Sequence record: MZ622713.1 | Length of the DNA: 64,000 bases | Strand: one strand, 5' to 3' | Part shown: piece by piece, positions 20,407 to 29,650 of the stretch | How the letters are laid out: each line of letters opens with the position of its first letter | Position numbering within the stretch: the stretch's first letter is position 1 | Translations under genes and position numbers: made by a program | The notes under the pieces: model-generated | The model's input: only the letters and a program-made list of their open reading frames with translations | Told to the model about the DNA's origin: nothing | Database searches by the model: none

Positions 20407-23400
20407 ATGGGTGCCAAATTAGAATTTAAATTTGACGAACAAGAACAAGTTTTAAAATATCTTAATATCCAGAAAGACGTTATACCAGAAAAACTGGTTG
20501 ATGAACCAGCCGATGATGTCCCTGAACGTAGCTGGGAAGAATTACTGAAAGCGCATTGGGAAGAAGATTCCCTACGTTCCATTAAGACAGTGCGTTTTAT
20601 GAAGGACTTCGAACGTTATCGTTGTCGACCAGATTTAACTACCACCAATAAATCTTTCATTCGTACTATGGATGTTTTCCGTAAGATGAAAGTAAAGAAC
20701 TGTGCTTTCCACTTACAACTTAACAACCCTGCATTAGTTGGTGTGGACCCACGTTCCCCAGATTTAACCGATGATCAACGTTTGATGATCATGAAGGAAA
20801 TGGAAGAGAACTTCTGGTACTTTTTACGAGAAGTTTGTCACCTGAATGGTGGTATCCGATTCCGTGCCAACCGTGCTAACATCAGTTTTGCTTGGTGCTG
20901 GCTAAACCACTTAACCACCATGCTCATCCTTCCTCGTCAGCAAGGTAAGGAACTGTCGGTTGACGCTAAAGTTCGAACCTTGAATGGATGGGTTCGAAAT
21001 GGTGACATCAAACCGGGCGATATCGTCTTGGCTTCTAATGGTGACCCTGTTAAAGTTAAGGGGATTTATCCTCAAGGTGTGAAGTCCCTATATTGGGTGA
21101 CCATGGAAGATGGTCGTAAAGTTAAGGCTGGTCTCGATCACTTATGGAAAGTATTTGACTGGGGTAAAAGCAGTTGGAAGATCGTAAGTACGAGAGAACT
21201 GATCGCTGATTTATGTAAGGGTCGCAAGTGCAGTATTCCTATTGCGTTGCCGGAACATAAACCTGACGTCAAACTACCAGTTCATCCTTGGTTACTGGGG
21301 ATGATCTTGGGAGGTAATGGGATTACCGGAGCACTAACAAAGGTCGGTAATAAAGACCCGTTGGTGCGTCAGAAACTCGATCACATCCTAAGCCTCCACG
21401 ACAAGCCTATCGTGACAGGAAGGGGAATCCCAGACGAATACCTTAACGCTTCTTATTTGCAGCGTGTGGAGCTTGTACAGGGCTTAATGGATGCCCACGG
21501 AGAAGTTACCCCACTTGGTAATCTGTTATGGGTAAATGACGATGTGGAATTTAACGTACGCTTGACCGAACTTATCCGTTCAGTAGGTGGCATCGTTTAT
21601 TCAAGTGAGGACGGAACGTGTCTTGAGATCAATGACCCAGCTTTAGAACTGTTGGTTTCTGTTGAACATAAGAAAGCGTTGTTAAAGCAAAACTCTAAAG
21701 GGGTGGCGAGACCGACTCAGTTAGAGATCACTTCTATCGAGTATGCGTGTGATGAAGAAGCGCTTTGTATAGAGATCGACCATCCAAGTCACTTGTACGT
21801 GACTGACGATTACATCGTTACTCACAATACGGTTACCGCGCAGTGTATCTTCTTCTGGTTGACTTACATTTCCGGCCGTGCTTATGAATCTCACTTGATC
21901 ACACTGAAAGACGATAACCGTCAACAATTCGTAGATGCGATCAAGGGTATCCGTAACAACATCCCAGCTTGGATGACTAACGTAACTTACCGAGATAAAG
22001 ATGCGGGTAACTCACTAACTTACTCTGCCTTTGGTGATGAGGTTAAGAACAAGCTCACGATCTCAGTACCACAAATCGGCCAAGAAGCAGCACGGAACGT
22101 AGGTCGTGGTTTGACCATCAAGTCCCGCTTTATAGATGAGCCCGCGTACATTAAGTGGATGGAAGAAATCCTCAACGGTGCAGGTCCATCCACACTGACC
22201 GCTCGTGAAAACGCCCGTCGTCTAAACGAACCTTACGCAACGGGCTTCATCACAACACCTGCCAGCATCCTAACCGAATCTGGACAGTACATGTACAACA
22301 TCCTCATGGAGTCGACTGAGTGGCGTGAAAACTACTTTGACACTTATGGTGAGTCTCATCTGTACGATGTGTTGTTGAAGAACGCTCCTAAGGCAACCAC
22401 CAGTCCGTCGGTCGGTATGGTGTTCAACTACCTACAACTTGGTAAGAACCGAGATTGGGTTAAGAAAACAATCGATGAACTTAAGCTATCACTTAGTGAG
22501 GCTAAGATCGACTTGTTGTTGATGTGGGACGACAACGGTAAAGGTAAGCTGTTCGATGACGAAACTCGTGATGCGTTGAACGATGCTAAACGTGGTCGAC
22601 TCTGGAGTCAACAAATAGCCGGGACTTCGTTGTTCTTTGACTGGTTTATTTCAGAAGAAGAGCACGCAGATATTCTGAGTGGTGGTAAAAACTCTACCTT
22701 CTATTTGATCGGCCTAGATACATCAGGTGCGGTCGGACGAGATGCTTGCACTATCGTAGTGCGAGATATCCGAGATGGTAGTGTGGCTGGTGTAGGTCGT
22801 TACCAACGTGCTTTCTTAACCGAAGTAGGTATGGTGGTTCAAACGTTGCTCATGGAGTTACCTAACTCACTATTGATTCCTGAACGTAACTATGCTCACC
22901 ACATGATCGACCAGTTACTGCAATCGTTGCCAGCGATGGGATTGGATCCATTTAAGAAGATCTACAACCGTATCTATCAAGACCCAATGAAGTACCAGAA
23001 CCATTACCGAGATATTAAAGCACGTAGCTTTGGTAACCGTAATGATGCGTTCTATCTTAAGTACAAAGAGTTCTTTGGATTTAACACTGGTGCTAAATCT
23101 CGTGAAACGATGTATGGTTTCCTAGAAGAAGCAGTTGGGTTGACTGGCACAGGCACTCGTTACACCAAACTGATTGACGAGTTGACTAACCTGAAGATTA
23201 AGAATGGACGCATCGACCACGAAGCAGGTAATCACGATGATATCGTAATCAGTTGGTTGTTGTCTTACTGGTTTATCAAACTGGGTGAAAACAAAAATGA
23301 ATACGGCATTCCTAACGGTATTGCTTTGACCAACGTTAGTATGTTGAAGTTAGGGGAAACTAAGAAAGAACTAAGTGACCCTATCATGCAAAAACGCGTT

Positions 23401-23622
23401 GCCTTCTATCGACAAAAAATCGAGGAAGTAAGTGCTAAACTGTTGGACAGTGACGACCCTGTGATCATCGCTCGTCTAGAAGTTGCTTTGGAACGTTTAC
23501 GTGCTATGGTTCCGCCTGAGGTACAGAAATCGATCACCATCGATGACATCAAACGTCAAGCTGAACAAGAACGTAATAAACGTGCTATCGAAAGTAAACG
23601 TCGTAAGTACCACGGTCGTTAA
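20407..23622 (+). CDS. terL: Terminase large subunit (phiKZ gp25-like) containing an intein
   Basis: Walker A LPRQQGK|T interrupted by the intein; Walker B-like RFIDEPAY; nuclease motifs IGLDTSG and HDDIVIS. About 778 aa after intein removal. Confidence 0.92.
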   Translation: MGAKLEFKFDEQEQVLKYLNIQKDVIPEKLVDEPADDVPERSWEELLKAHWEEDSLRSIKTVRFMKDFERYRCRPDLTTTNKSFIRTMDVFRKMKVKNCAFHLQLNNPALVGVDPRSPDLTDDQRLMIMKEMEENFWYFLREVCHLNGGIRFRANRANISFAWCWLNHLTTMLILPRQQGKELSVDAKVRTLNGWVRNGDIKPGDIVLASNGDPVKVKGIYPQGVKSLYWVTMEDGRKVKAGLDHLWKVFDWGKSSWKIVSTRELIADLCKGRKCSIPIALPEHKPDVKLPVHPWLLGMILGGNGITGALTKVGNKDPLVRQKLDHILSLHDKPIVTGRGIPDEYLNASYLQRVELVQGLMDAHGEVTPLGNLLWVNDDVEFNVRLTELIRSVGGIVYSSEDGTCLEINDPALELLVSVEHKKALLKQNSKGVARPTQLEITSIEYACDEEALCIEIDHPSHLYVTDDYIVTHNTVTAQCIFFWLTYISGRAYESHLITLKDDNRQQFVDAIKGIRNNIPAWMTNVTYRDKDAGNSLTYSAFGDEVKNKLTISVPQIGQEAARNVGRGLTIKSRFIDEPAYIKWMEEILNGAGPSTLTARENARRLNEPYATGFITTPASILTESGQYMYNILMESTEWRENYFDTYGESHLYDVLLKNAPKATTSPSVGMVFNYLQLGKNRDWVKKTIDELKLSLSEAKIDLLLMWDDNGKGKLFDDETRDALNDAKRGRLWSQQIAGTSLFFDWFISEEEHADILSGGKNSTFYLIGLDTSGAVGRDACTIVVRDIRDGSVAGVGRYQRAFLTEVGMVVQTLLMELPNSLLIPERNYAHHMIDQLLQSLPAMGLDPFKKIYNRIYQDPMKYQNHYRDIKARSFGNRNDAFYLKYKEFFGFNTGAKSRETMYGFLEEAVGLTGTGTRYTKLIDELTNLKIKNGRIDHEAGNHDDIVISWLLSYWFIKLGENKNEYGIPNGIALTNVSMLKLGETKKELSDPIMQKRVAFYRQKIEEVSAKLLDSDDPVIIARLEVALERLRAMVPPEVQKSITIDDIKRQAEQERNKRAIESKRRKYHGR
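20950..21828 (+). mobile_element. Class 3 intein (293 aa) with a degenerate LAGLIDADG-type endonuclease, inserted in the terminase Walker A motif
   Basis: Starts ELSVDAKV right after GK and ends IVTHN before T. Block B is DHLW, block F is ALCIEI and block G is VTHN (the W-C-T triad). Central PWLLGMILGGNG and LVQGLMDAHG helices. Confidence 0.88.
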
Positions 23623-23634
23623 TTAAAAAACATA

Positions 23635-23670
23635 AATAACTCCTACCTCCCTAGGGAGGTAGGAGTTATT
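23635..23670. terminator. Bidirectional terminator; perfect 36-bp palindrome
   Basis: AATAACTCCTACCTCCCTAGGGAGGTAGGAGTTATT is its own reverse complement and lies between the convergent terL and tmk genes. Confidence 0.8.
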
Positions 23671-23810
23671 ATTATGCCACGCGCCTCATCGGAGCTTCAA
23701 GTCACGCCAATAACTTGAAGATAAGGCAACATCTTTCACCAGAGAGGAGTTATCATGTACGCTTTTACCCAAACTCGTTCGTACATAAAATAATACACGC
23801 TGGTTAAAAA

Positions 23811-24434
23811 TTACCAAGCGAGTTCTTTTAGCTTTTTGTACACTTCGTCAGGGTCGTTAGAGTAAATGACTTTCACACCAGAAGTTAAACGGAGTTTACG
23901 TAAAGCGTTTTCGTATTCTGTTTTAAAGCGTTGGAAGTTCTTAGGGTCACTGATATAAGTTTCCACTGCTTCAGTTTCATCGCGACCTTGACCAAGGCGT
24001 TCAATGTACGTTGGATGATCAATGTTCAAATAAACGATCACGTCTGGAACAACATTGTGTTCTAGGAAACGACCACCTTGAACGTTGGCTAAAAGGATTT
24101 CATCGGCACCGTGTTTATCGTCTTGCTGATAAACCATAGAGGTCAATAGACAACGATCGGTGATCACATTACATCCAGTTTTAAGCGAAGGACACACTCG
24201 TTCTTGATACAAAGCAACACGTTGAGCAACACTCATGTGAATCTGTGCAACCTTAGGCATCGTAGGAGAGATGATCATCTTACGCAGAGCTTTCCATTCA
24301 TCGGAGTCTTTACGTGGCTCAGCGAGCAGCACAGGACGTTCTAGGCCATCATCCTCCATCTTTTTTAGAATAGTTTCAATCATGGTGGATTTGCCAGCAT
24401 AATCTAGACCTTCGAACGCGACTACTTTATTCAT
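23811..24434 (-). CDS. tmk: Thymidylate kinase
   Basis: P-loop VAFEGLDYAGKST, the diagnostic ITDRCLLTSMVYQ motif and PDVIVYL; 207 aa. Confidence 0.9.
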   Translation of the reverse strand: MNKVVAFEGLDYAGKSTMIETILKKMEDDGLERPVLLAEPRKDSDEWKALRKMIISPTMPKVAQIHMSVAQRVALYQERVCPSLKTGCNVITDRCLLTSMVYQQDDKHGADEILLANVQGGRFLEHNVVPDVIVYLNIDHPTYIERLGQGRDETEAVETYISDPKNFQRFKTEYENALRKLRLTSGVKVIYSNDPDEVYKKLKELAW

Positions 24435-24497
24435 TATTAAAATTCCTTGGATGTGTAAAAAGTATTAGGAGTCTATAGACTCCTAATACCAGTTTTA

Positions 24498-25868
24498 TTA
24501 TAATCGATCTTTAGTTAAGACTCGGAGCACGATGTACAACATTAAAGCGGTGCGCAGTGCTGAGTAAGTAACACGAGTACGGATACCAGTCAGGTCCTGA
24601 ACAATGTCGTCGCCCATGGAACGCATTTTAAGAATCGATTCGTTTTGGTTACGAGGTGAAGCGTAAGTTCCGGCCATGCGGGTAATCACTTCACGGAGGT
24701 TCGTTTGACGAATACGGTTAGAACTCAAGTACTCGAACAAATGAGTAAGTACCTCATCAACAAACTCATGATAGAACTCACCTTTCTTACCACGTGCTTG
24801 GTAGTTAAAAGGGAACTCTTTCAGAACACGTTCCAACTTGTCCTTAGGTGCATTGTCAATACGAGAAGTAATGACGTCAGCGAGTTCTTCTTTATAGAAC
24901 CCAGTTGGTGCCGTAAGGATAGTTTTAGCGTAGTTCTTGTACACGTTAACTTGTTTGGTGATTTCCTTAACAGTCATCCCCTCTTCCATGTTAACCTGAG
25001 CTTTATCAAGCTGCATGATGTTACTGCGTTTCTTCACATCATGGAACACTTTGTTGATATCATTAACCAGACCACGAAGACGGTCCTGAATATCACCTAC
25101 CATGTAAATGATTTTCTTATCGTCATTCATGTTCATGAACGTTTTGTAGTGGATGCCTGTCGTTGGACTTAAGATGTACTCAGCACGCGCTAGGAACAAC
25201 GCTCGCCAGCTTTCATACTTTTTGATGTCGTACTTCAAGCTAAGACGGTTGTACGTCTCATAGACCACCTCAGGCTTCGCTAGGAATGGGTAGTCGTTAT
25301 GGATGATGGACGTGATACATTTACAGTGGTACATAAACAATACCATGATCTGCGCTTCACGTTTCATACCACTCGGTAGATGTTTGGAGTATTGAATCTT
25401 CCACAACAAATAAGGAATGGTTAAGTTAAAGACATCACCTGTTACCGCCCAGTCTTTGTTCACCCACTTACATTGGTGTAAGTTTTCTTTCAGTTCTTCT
25501 TCATCCACATCCCAGATGTCGGTAAACCATTCATTACGGTCAGCGGTAGTGAATGTGATTTTTTGCAGACCGAGATAAGGGGAACCGAAGAAATCACCGT
25601 AATCGGTAATGCCCACTTTACGAGTGGTGAAGTTGAACATGTAACGTTTAAGTGTGGTAGCCCACTTAACGTCAATGACTAAGTCTCGTCCGAATTGTTC
25701 ACATACGTCGAGGATAGCATTATCACGGTTGTAGTTGAAGTTCGGAATCAACGACTCCATACCGTTTATCAGGAACTCGTCTTGACTCTCGTATGGTTTG
25801 TCGTTGAACAATGAGACCGTAGGTTGATAGAACTGCTCGCCACCAAATACGTCGCTTTCTAAAAGCAT
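24498..25868 (-). CDS. Conserved phiKZ-like protein, probable virion structural protein
   Basis: 456-aa ORF in the position next to terminase typical of phiKZ-like structural genes; no catalytic motif recognised. Confidence 0.5.
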   Translation of the reverse strand: MLLESDVFGGEQFYQPTVSLFNDKPYESQDEFLINGMESLIPNFNYNRDNAILDVCEQFGRDLVIDVKWATTLKRYMFNFTTRKVGITDYGDFFGSPYLGLQKITFTTADRNEWFTDIWDVDEEELKENLHQCKWVNKDWAVTGDVFNLTIPYLLWKIQYSKHLPSGMKREAQIMVLFMYHCKCITSIIHNDYPFLAKPEVVYETYNRLSLKYDIKKYESWRALFLARAEYILSPTTGIHYKTFMNMNDDKKIIYMVGDIQDRLRGLVNDINKVFHDVKKRSNIMQLDKAQVNMEEGMTVKEITKQVNVYKNYAKTILTAPTGFYKEELADVITSRIDNAPKDKLERVLKEFPFNYQARGKKGEFYHEFVDEVLTHLFEYLSSNRIRQTNLREVITRMAGTYASPRNQNESILKMRSMGDDIVQDLTGIRTRVTYSALRTALMLYIVLRVLTKDRL

Positions 25869-26713
25869 TACATTCTCCCCGGAACCGTCTTACGAATCAT
25901 CTCAGCTTTACGTTGAGTATCAGAGTAAGACATGTATTTGAGCCATTCGTTTTCGAAGTACTCTTTGTATTCACGCCAAGAATCTTGGTAACCGTAGACT
26001 TCATCTTTAATGGAATCCACACTCACACCACCACGAACCACACCTTCGTTGATTTTGTTTCGTACGTTTTTGTAGATGTGGGCTTTGGTAGCAAGGTTGA
26101 CCAAAGTTGCAAAGTACGGGTAAGCACGAGGGTTGATGTGTGAAAGTGCGTCGTCTGATTCTAAGGTCACACGGGCTGTCATCGAGAAAATGCCTGAAGG
26201 ACAATTACTGATGATAAAGGTGTTGTTACCAATCACTTGGATATTGGTAAAGGTTTGTGGAATAGCACGGTTAGAACGCAGACCATTCAACATACCTGCG
26301 GTCATGTCATTAAGAGTACCTTCACCGCAGCCAACGTTTTGTGCTGCCATGGATAACACGCCGCTGGAAGAACCGATTGAGCCTTGGTATACTTCCGCTA
26401 CAGAAATGATCTTACGACCACCTGTAATGAAGTCCGGTACTTGGACTTGGATTTTACCTTGACCTAACTGGATAATACTTGCGCCAGTTAAATCTAAAAG
26501 TTCTGTGATGCCGCCTTGGACATTACACTGCTTAAGGACAACTCCATGAATGACTCGTTCTCGTAGACCCTGCTCAACACTATAGTTGATCGGTTCCGAT
26601 AACCAGTTATCCACCACGTTTTGGTTAGGGTTAGCGAACGCTAGTTCTAACACATAACTTGAGATATCCCCGCCTTCTACTACTTCGTTGATTGCATAAT
26701 CTACGCAGTTCAT
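25868..26713 (-). CDS. Conserved phiKZ-like protein, probable virion structural protein
   Basis: 281-aa ORF with a 1-nt stop/start overlap with the downstream gene; assigned by synteny near terminase. Confidence 0.5.
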   Translation of the reverse strand: MNCVDYAINEVVEGGDISSYVLELAFANPNQNVVDNWLSEPINYSVEQGLRERVIHGVVLKQCNVQGGITELLDLTGASIIQLGQGKIQVQVPDFITGGRKIISVAEVYQGSIGSSSGVLSMAAQNVGCGEGTLNDMTAGMLNGLRSNRAIPQTFTNIQVIGNNTFIISNCPSGIFSMTARVTLESDDALSHINPRAYPYFATLVNLATKAHIYKNVRNKINEGVVRGGVSVDSIKDEVYGYQDSWREYKEYFENEWLKYMSYSDTQRKAEMIRKTVPGRM

Positions 26714-26769
26714 AATACGTCGCCTTATGAGGTTGATGGTCGGTTTTGGTCCAATAAAATTCCAAAAAC

Positions 26770-26803
26770 AAAAAAATAAGGGGTAGGGGATGGGTCCCCT
26801 ACC
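26770..26803 (-). terminator. Minus-strand intrinsic terminator
   Basis: The minus strand reads GGTAGGGGA-CCCA-TCCCCTACC followed by CCTTATTTTTTT. Confidence 0.6.
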
Positions 26804-27001
26804 AAACCTTAAAAATTATAACCTAGATATTGAAACCCAATCGCAAGACATCCCGGTCATATGACCACCGAAGACTACCAACCAAAGCGTCTTTCGTAAA
26901 AGAGTTAACTTGCTATATAATGGCTGTGGGAATTTAATGTAGTGTTAACTTAACTGTAGCACTACATTTATGTCAGGATTTTAATAATTTATATTAGGAG
27001 T

Positions 27002-27604
27002 ATGGCAATGCCGCAATTATACAAAGATATAGCGTTCGCTCTACAATTCGTAGTGTTGCGCGTTATTTACGATAACTTCAGTACGCTAGTTCACGCAGCC
27101 CACCGTGAGATCATCCGTAACGGAATTGATGTTCGAGTCATCGGATTCCCTAAACCGTTAGGAGGGATGAGTGTTGTGGTGCGTCGAGACATCAAGGCTC
27201 ACTATTACGTAGACTTCTTGAATATCCCGTTTCCAGACGGTCCGCAAGATTTCACCATTAAACTCGGTACCGGCAAGAACTTAGTGAATCGTCGTGTGAT
27301 GAATGACGTTGGGGTTAAGCTCAATGCTTTCTTGAGTGACACCGCTTTTTCAAGAAAGAAATCTGTGTTGATGAAGTACGGTTTGAACTTTGCTAGTAGT
27401 GAAGTCGTAATCAAAAAGATCAGTTGGTTCTCTCGTCTATTCGGAACTACACAAATTAATTACGATGACGTAATGGATAAGATCAAACTTCCTTGTCTGC
27501 GTTTGTCACACGTAACCGAATGGCATCGTTTGAAACACAAAACTAGCTTCACCATTGAGGTCAGCTTAATGGGTGGAGTGAAGGAAACGATCTATTCCAT
27601 CTAA
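27002..27604 (+). CDS. Hypothetical protein (basic, 200 aa)
   Basis: RBS TAGGAG upstream and a terminator downstream. Confidence 0.7.
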   Translation: MAMPQLYKDIAFALQFVVLRVIYDNFSTLVHAAHREIIRNGIDVRVIGFPKPLGGMSVVVRRDIKAHYYVDFLNIPFPDGPQDFTIKLGTGKNLVNRRVMNDVGVKLNAFLSDTAFSRKKSVLMKYGLNFASSEVVIKKISWFSRLFGTTQINYDDVMDKIKLPCLRLSHVTEWHRLKHKTSFTIEVSLMGGVKETIYSI

Positions 27605-27615
27605 ATTAACTTTTT

Positions 27616-27646
27616 AGTAGTGGGGGTGACCTCACTACTTTTTTTC
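27616..27646 (+). terminator. Intrinsic terminator
   Basis: AGTAGTGGG/CTCACTACT stem followed by a T-run. Confidence 0.7.
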
Positions 27647-27660
27647 ATTTTTAATATAAA

Positions 27661-27680
27661 ACAAACCTATATTACTAACG
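27661..27680 (+). promoter_or_regulatory. Phage early-type promoter (TATATTAC)
   Basis: AAACCTATATTAC contains the phiKZ early consensus TATATTAC at 27668-27675, between a terminator and the RBS of 27716. Confidence 0.6.
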
Positions 27681-27715
27681 TGAACGATCTTCAAGTATTA
27701 CGTTAGGGGCTAACT

Positions 27716-28294
27716 ATGAACCACTATATCGAAACATTATTGTTCCAACAGTTTTACGAAAATCTAGAACCGTGGCTAGAGCTACGACACAAAGCTGTAC
27801 AAGAAGGACTTAATCATCAACCTTGCGGACAAATCGTTAGACATAATGAATTGGACGTGACTTACCAAATCACCGAACAAGGCATCGTACAAGTCCATGT
27901 GGACTGGATGTACTATCGAGCTTACGGCTTGATGTTTAACTTTAAACAAGGAGATAAGCTGGCGATTGATAAATTCAAATCAGCTTTCGGTCCTTACGTT
28001 ACACCGAGCCGAGTAAAGGAAGCGAAAGATCAACTATGTCGAATTATTAAACGCGACATTCCTTTACCTGTTATCCGTAAAATGCAAAACGGTGAGTTAG
28101 AACATTACAAAGCAATAGTGGGTCACTTAGGAACTCCATTCGCTGCTTTTGTACAACCTCGCATTAAACCTGTGGGTGGAACTACTCACGAACTTATCTT
28201 TAGTTTTCAGAACACACTTGGAGGATATGAAGAATGTGTGATGGGCGATCTAACGGGGCCAACATGGGACCCGCTTACAGATACCACGTGCTGA
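27716..28294 (+). CDS. Hypothetical protein
   Basis: 192-aa ORF with RBS AGGGG. Confidence 0.7.
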   Translation: MNHYIETLLFQQFYENLEPWLELRHKAVQEGLNHQPCGQIVRHNELDVTYQITEQGIVQVHVDWMYYRAYGLMFNFKQGDKLAIDKFKSAFGPYVTPSRVKEAKDQLCRIIKRDIPLPVIRKMQNGELEHYKAIVGHLGTPFAAFVQPRIKPVGGTTHELIFSFQNTLGGYEECVMGDLTGPTWDPLTDTTC

Positions 28295-28854
28295 CTCTGA
28301 TGAAGGAGTTGGTTGTTAAACTACGACCTATCCTACTCCACCGTGCTAGCGGTGGATATGCAACGGAGAGTCATCAGTTATTTAACATCAATCTCGATGA
28401 TAAAGAATGTAAATGTGACTTACATACTTTCGGTGATGAGGTAACCCTCGCTATTTACGGTCTTCACTCTTTACTTGAAGATAACGTACACGAAGCTGTG
28501 GTTTATCGTTTCAACTTACACATCGATGAAGAAGTAGAAGAAGTCAAGGAATTACTCCGTGAACTATTTCAACCGTATTTCGATAAGTACCTCACCAAAG
28601 AAGTCGAAGACGAAGCTAATGCTTTGTTCTTTACTCGTATAGGTGCTATGAAGGAAATGGGGATGGGACGTCATCGTTTCTTTAAAAGAGAACAAGTAGT
28701 GGGATTCTTTTTCTTGGATAGTTATCTTCGTATCGAACAAGTAGTGATTAAGTATGGTAGAAGTAAAGGACGTTCGTTCTACAACATCTTCCGTACTTCG
28801 TTACTAGGTGAACAAACTAAGACTTCTATTCCGTGTACAACACCTAATAATTAA
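28234..28854 (+). CDS. Hypothetical protein, weakly paralogous to 27716-28294; true start probably GTG 28288 or ATG 28300
   Basis: Open frame overlapping the previous stop. LRELFQPYF..LTKEV resembles FKSAFGPYV..RVKEA of the neighbour. Confidence 0.6.
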   Translation: MCDGRSNGANMGPAYRYHVLTLMKELVVKLRPILLHRASGGYATESHQLFNINLDDKECKCDLHTFGDEVTLAIYGLHSLLEDNVHEAVVYRFNLHIDEEVEEVKELLRELFQPYFDKYLTKEVEDEANALFFTRIGAMKEMGMGRHRFFKREQVVGFFFLDSYLRIEQVVIKYGRSKGRSFYNIFRTSLLGEQTKTSIPCTTPNN

Positions 28855-29234
28855 TTTTTAACCAACTAACATGTATTATATGTTACAAAACCTTTTCACC
28901 CATTTTTAATGAACGGTTTTCTTCCTTACGTAAACACTACCAAAAGTGAACACGTGAGGGGGGAAAGGGGGGTGTCAAGGTTGAGTGGGTGTCAAGGTTA
29001 GTTGGTTCAAGTTAGTTAAAAGAATCGGGCAAAGCCCAAGATAATTAATATTAATATATATTAATATATCTAACTAGTATGACTTCCTTACAACGTAACG
29101 AGTAGAACGAGTGAAGTGGTTAAGGTAACAAGTCATACGTATAAGGTGAGTAGTAAACTTCGTAGGATATCCGTTGAGGAGTCCTACAAGGGTTTATACT
29201 GCTTTTTAAATATTTAGTTAAGGATTAAGGTAAA
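28855..29234. other. Non-coding island 1: G-runs, 13-bp direct repeats, 29-nt pure A/T tract, hairpins (origin-like)
   Basis: No ORF over 380 bp. G6-AAA-G6 at 28958-28972; GGGTGTCAAGGTT at 28970 and 28987; A/T only at 29041-29069. Confidence 0.55.
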
Positions 29235-29639
29235 ATGGTAGTAGAAGAAACTTTAGCTGGTTTAGTAAGTCTTACAATGGAATTAGGCTTAGGGGTTACG
29301 TTAGAAACAGATCAAAGAGTTTGTTTATTTAACGTTAGTCGTTTACGTAATAAGAATGGACCAGTGGGTTATGACGTAAAGGTATGGTTAAAGCGTACCG
29401 AAGACCAATACCACCTTAATACGACGGGATTAGATCTACTGGGTTATAGTGACATTAACTTAGTATATCGATTAGGGGAACGGGTAGACTTAGAACAGTT
29501 CGGGGATAGAGATAAAGAAAACCTTAAACAGTTACTAGGCCCACTACGATACGAATGGTTAGGGTTACCTAGCTTAATACGACATCATGAAGACTACCAA
29601 ATCATCTTTGGTGGTGAATTACATCAACAACCTTTATAG
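29235..29639 (+). CDS. Hypothetical protein, short member of the tandem paralog family
   Basis: RBS AAGG. LNTTGLDLLGYSDINLVYRLG resembles ITTVGLTKLGVRDLNFEYQVG in 34069-35019. Confidence 0.6.
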   Translation: MVVEETLAGLVSLTMELGLGVTLETDQRVCLFNVSRLRNKNGPVGYDVKVWLKRTEDQYHLNTTGLDLLGYSDINLVYRLGERVDLEQFGDRDKENLKQLLGPLRYEWLGLPSLIRHHEDYQIIFGGELHQQPL

Positions 29640-29650
29640 GAAACATTATC

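Noticed and set aside
26861-26899. Micro-ORF MTTEDYQPKRLS on the + strand
   Set aside because: No RBS upstream; likely chance.
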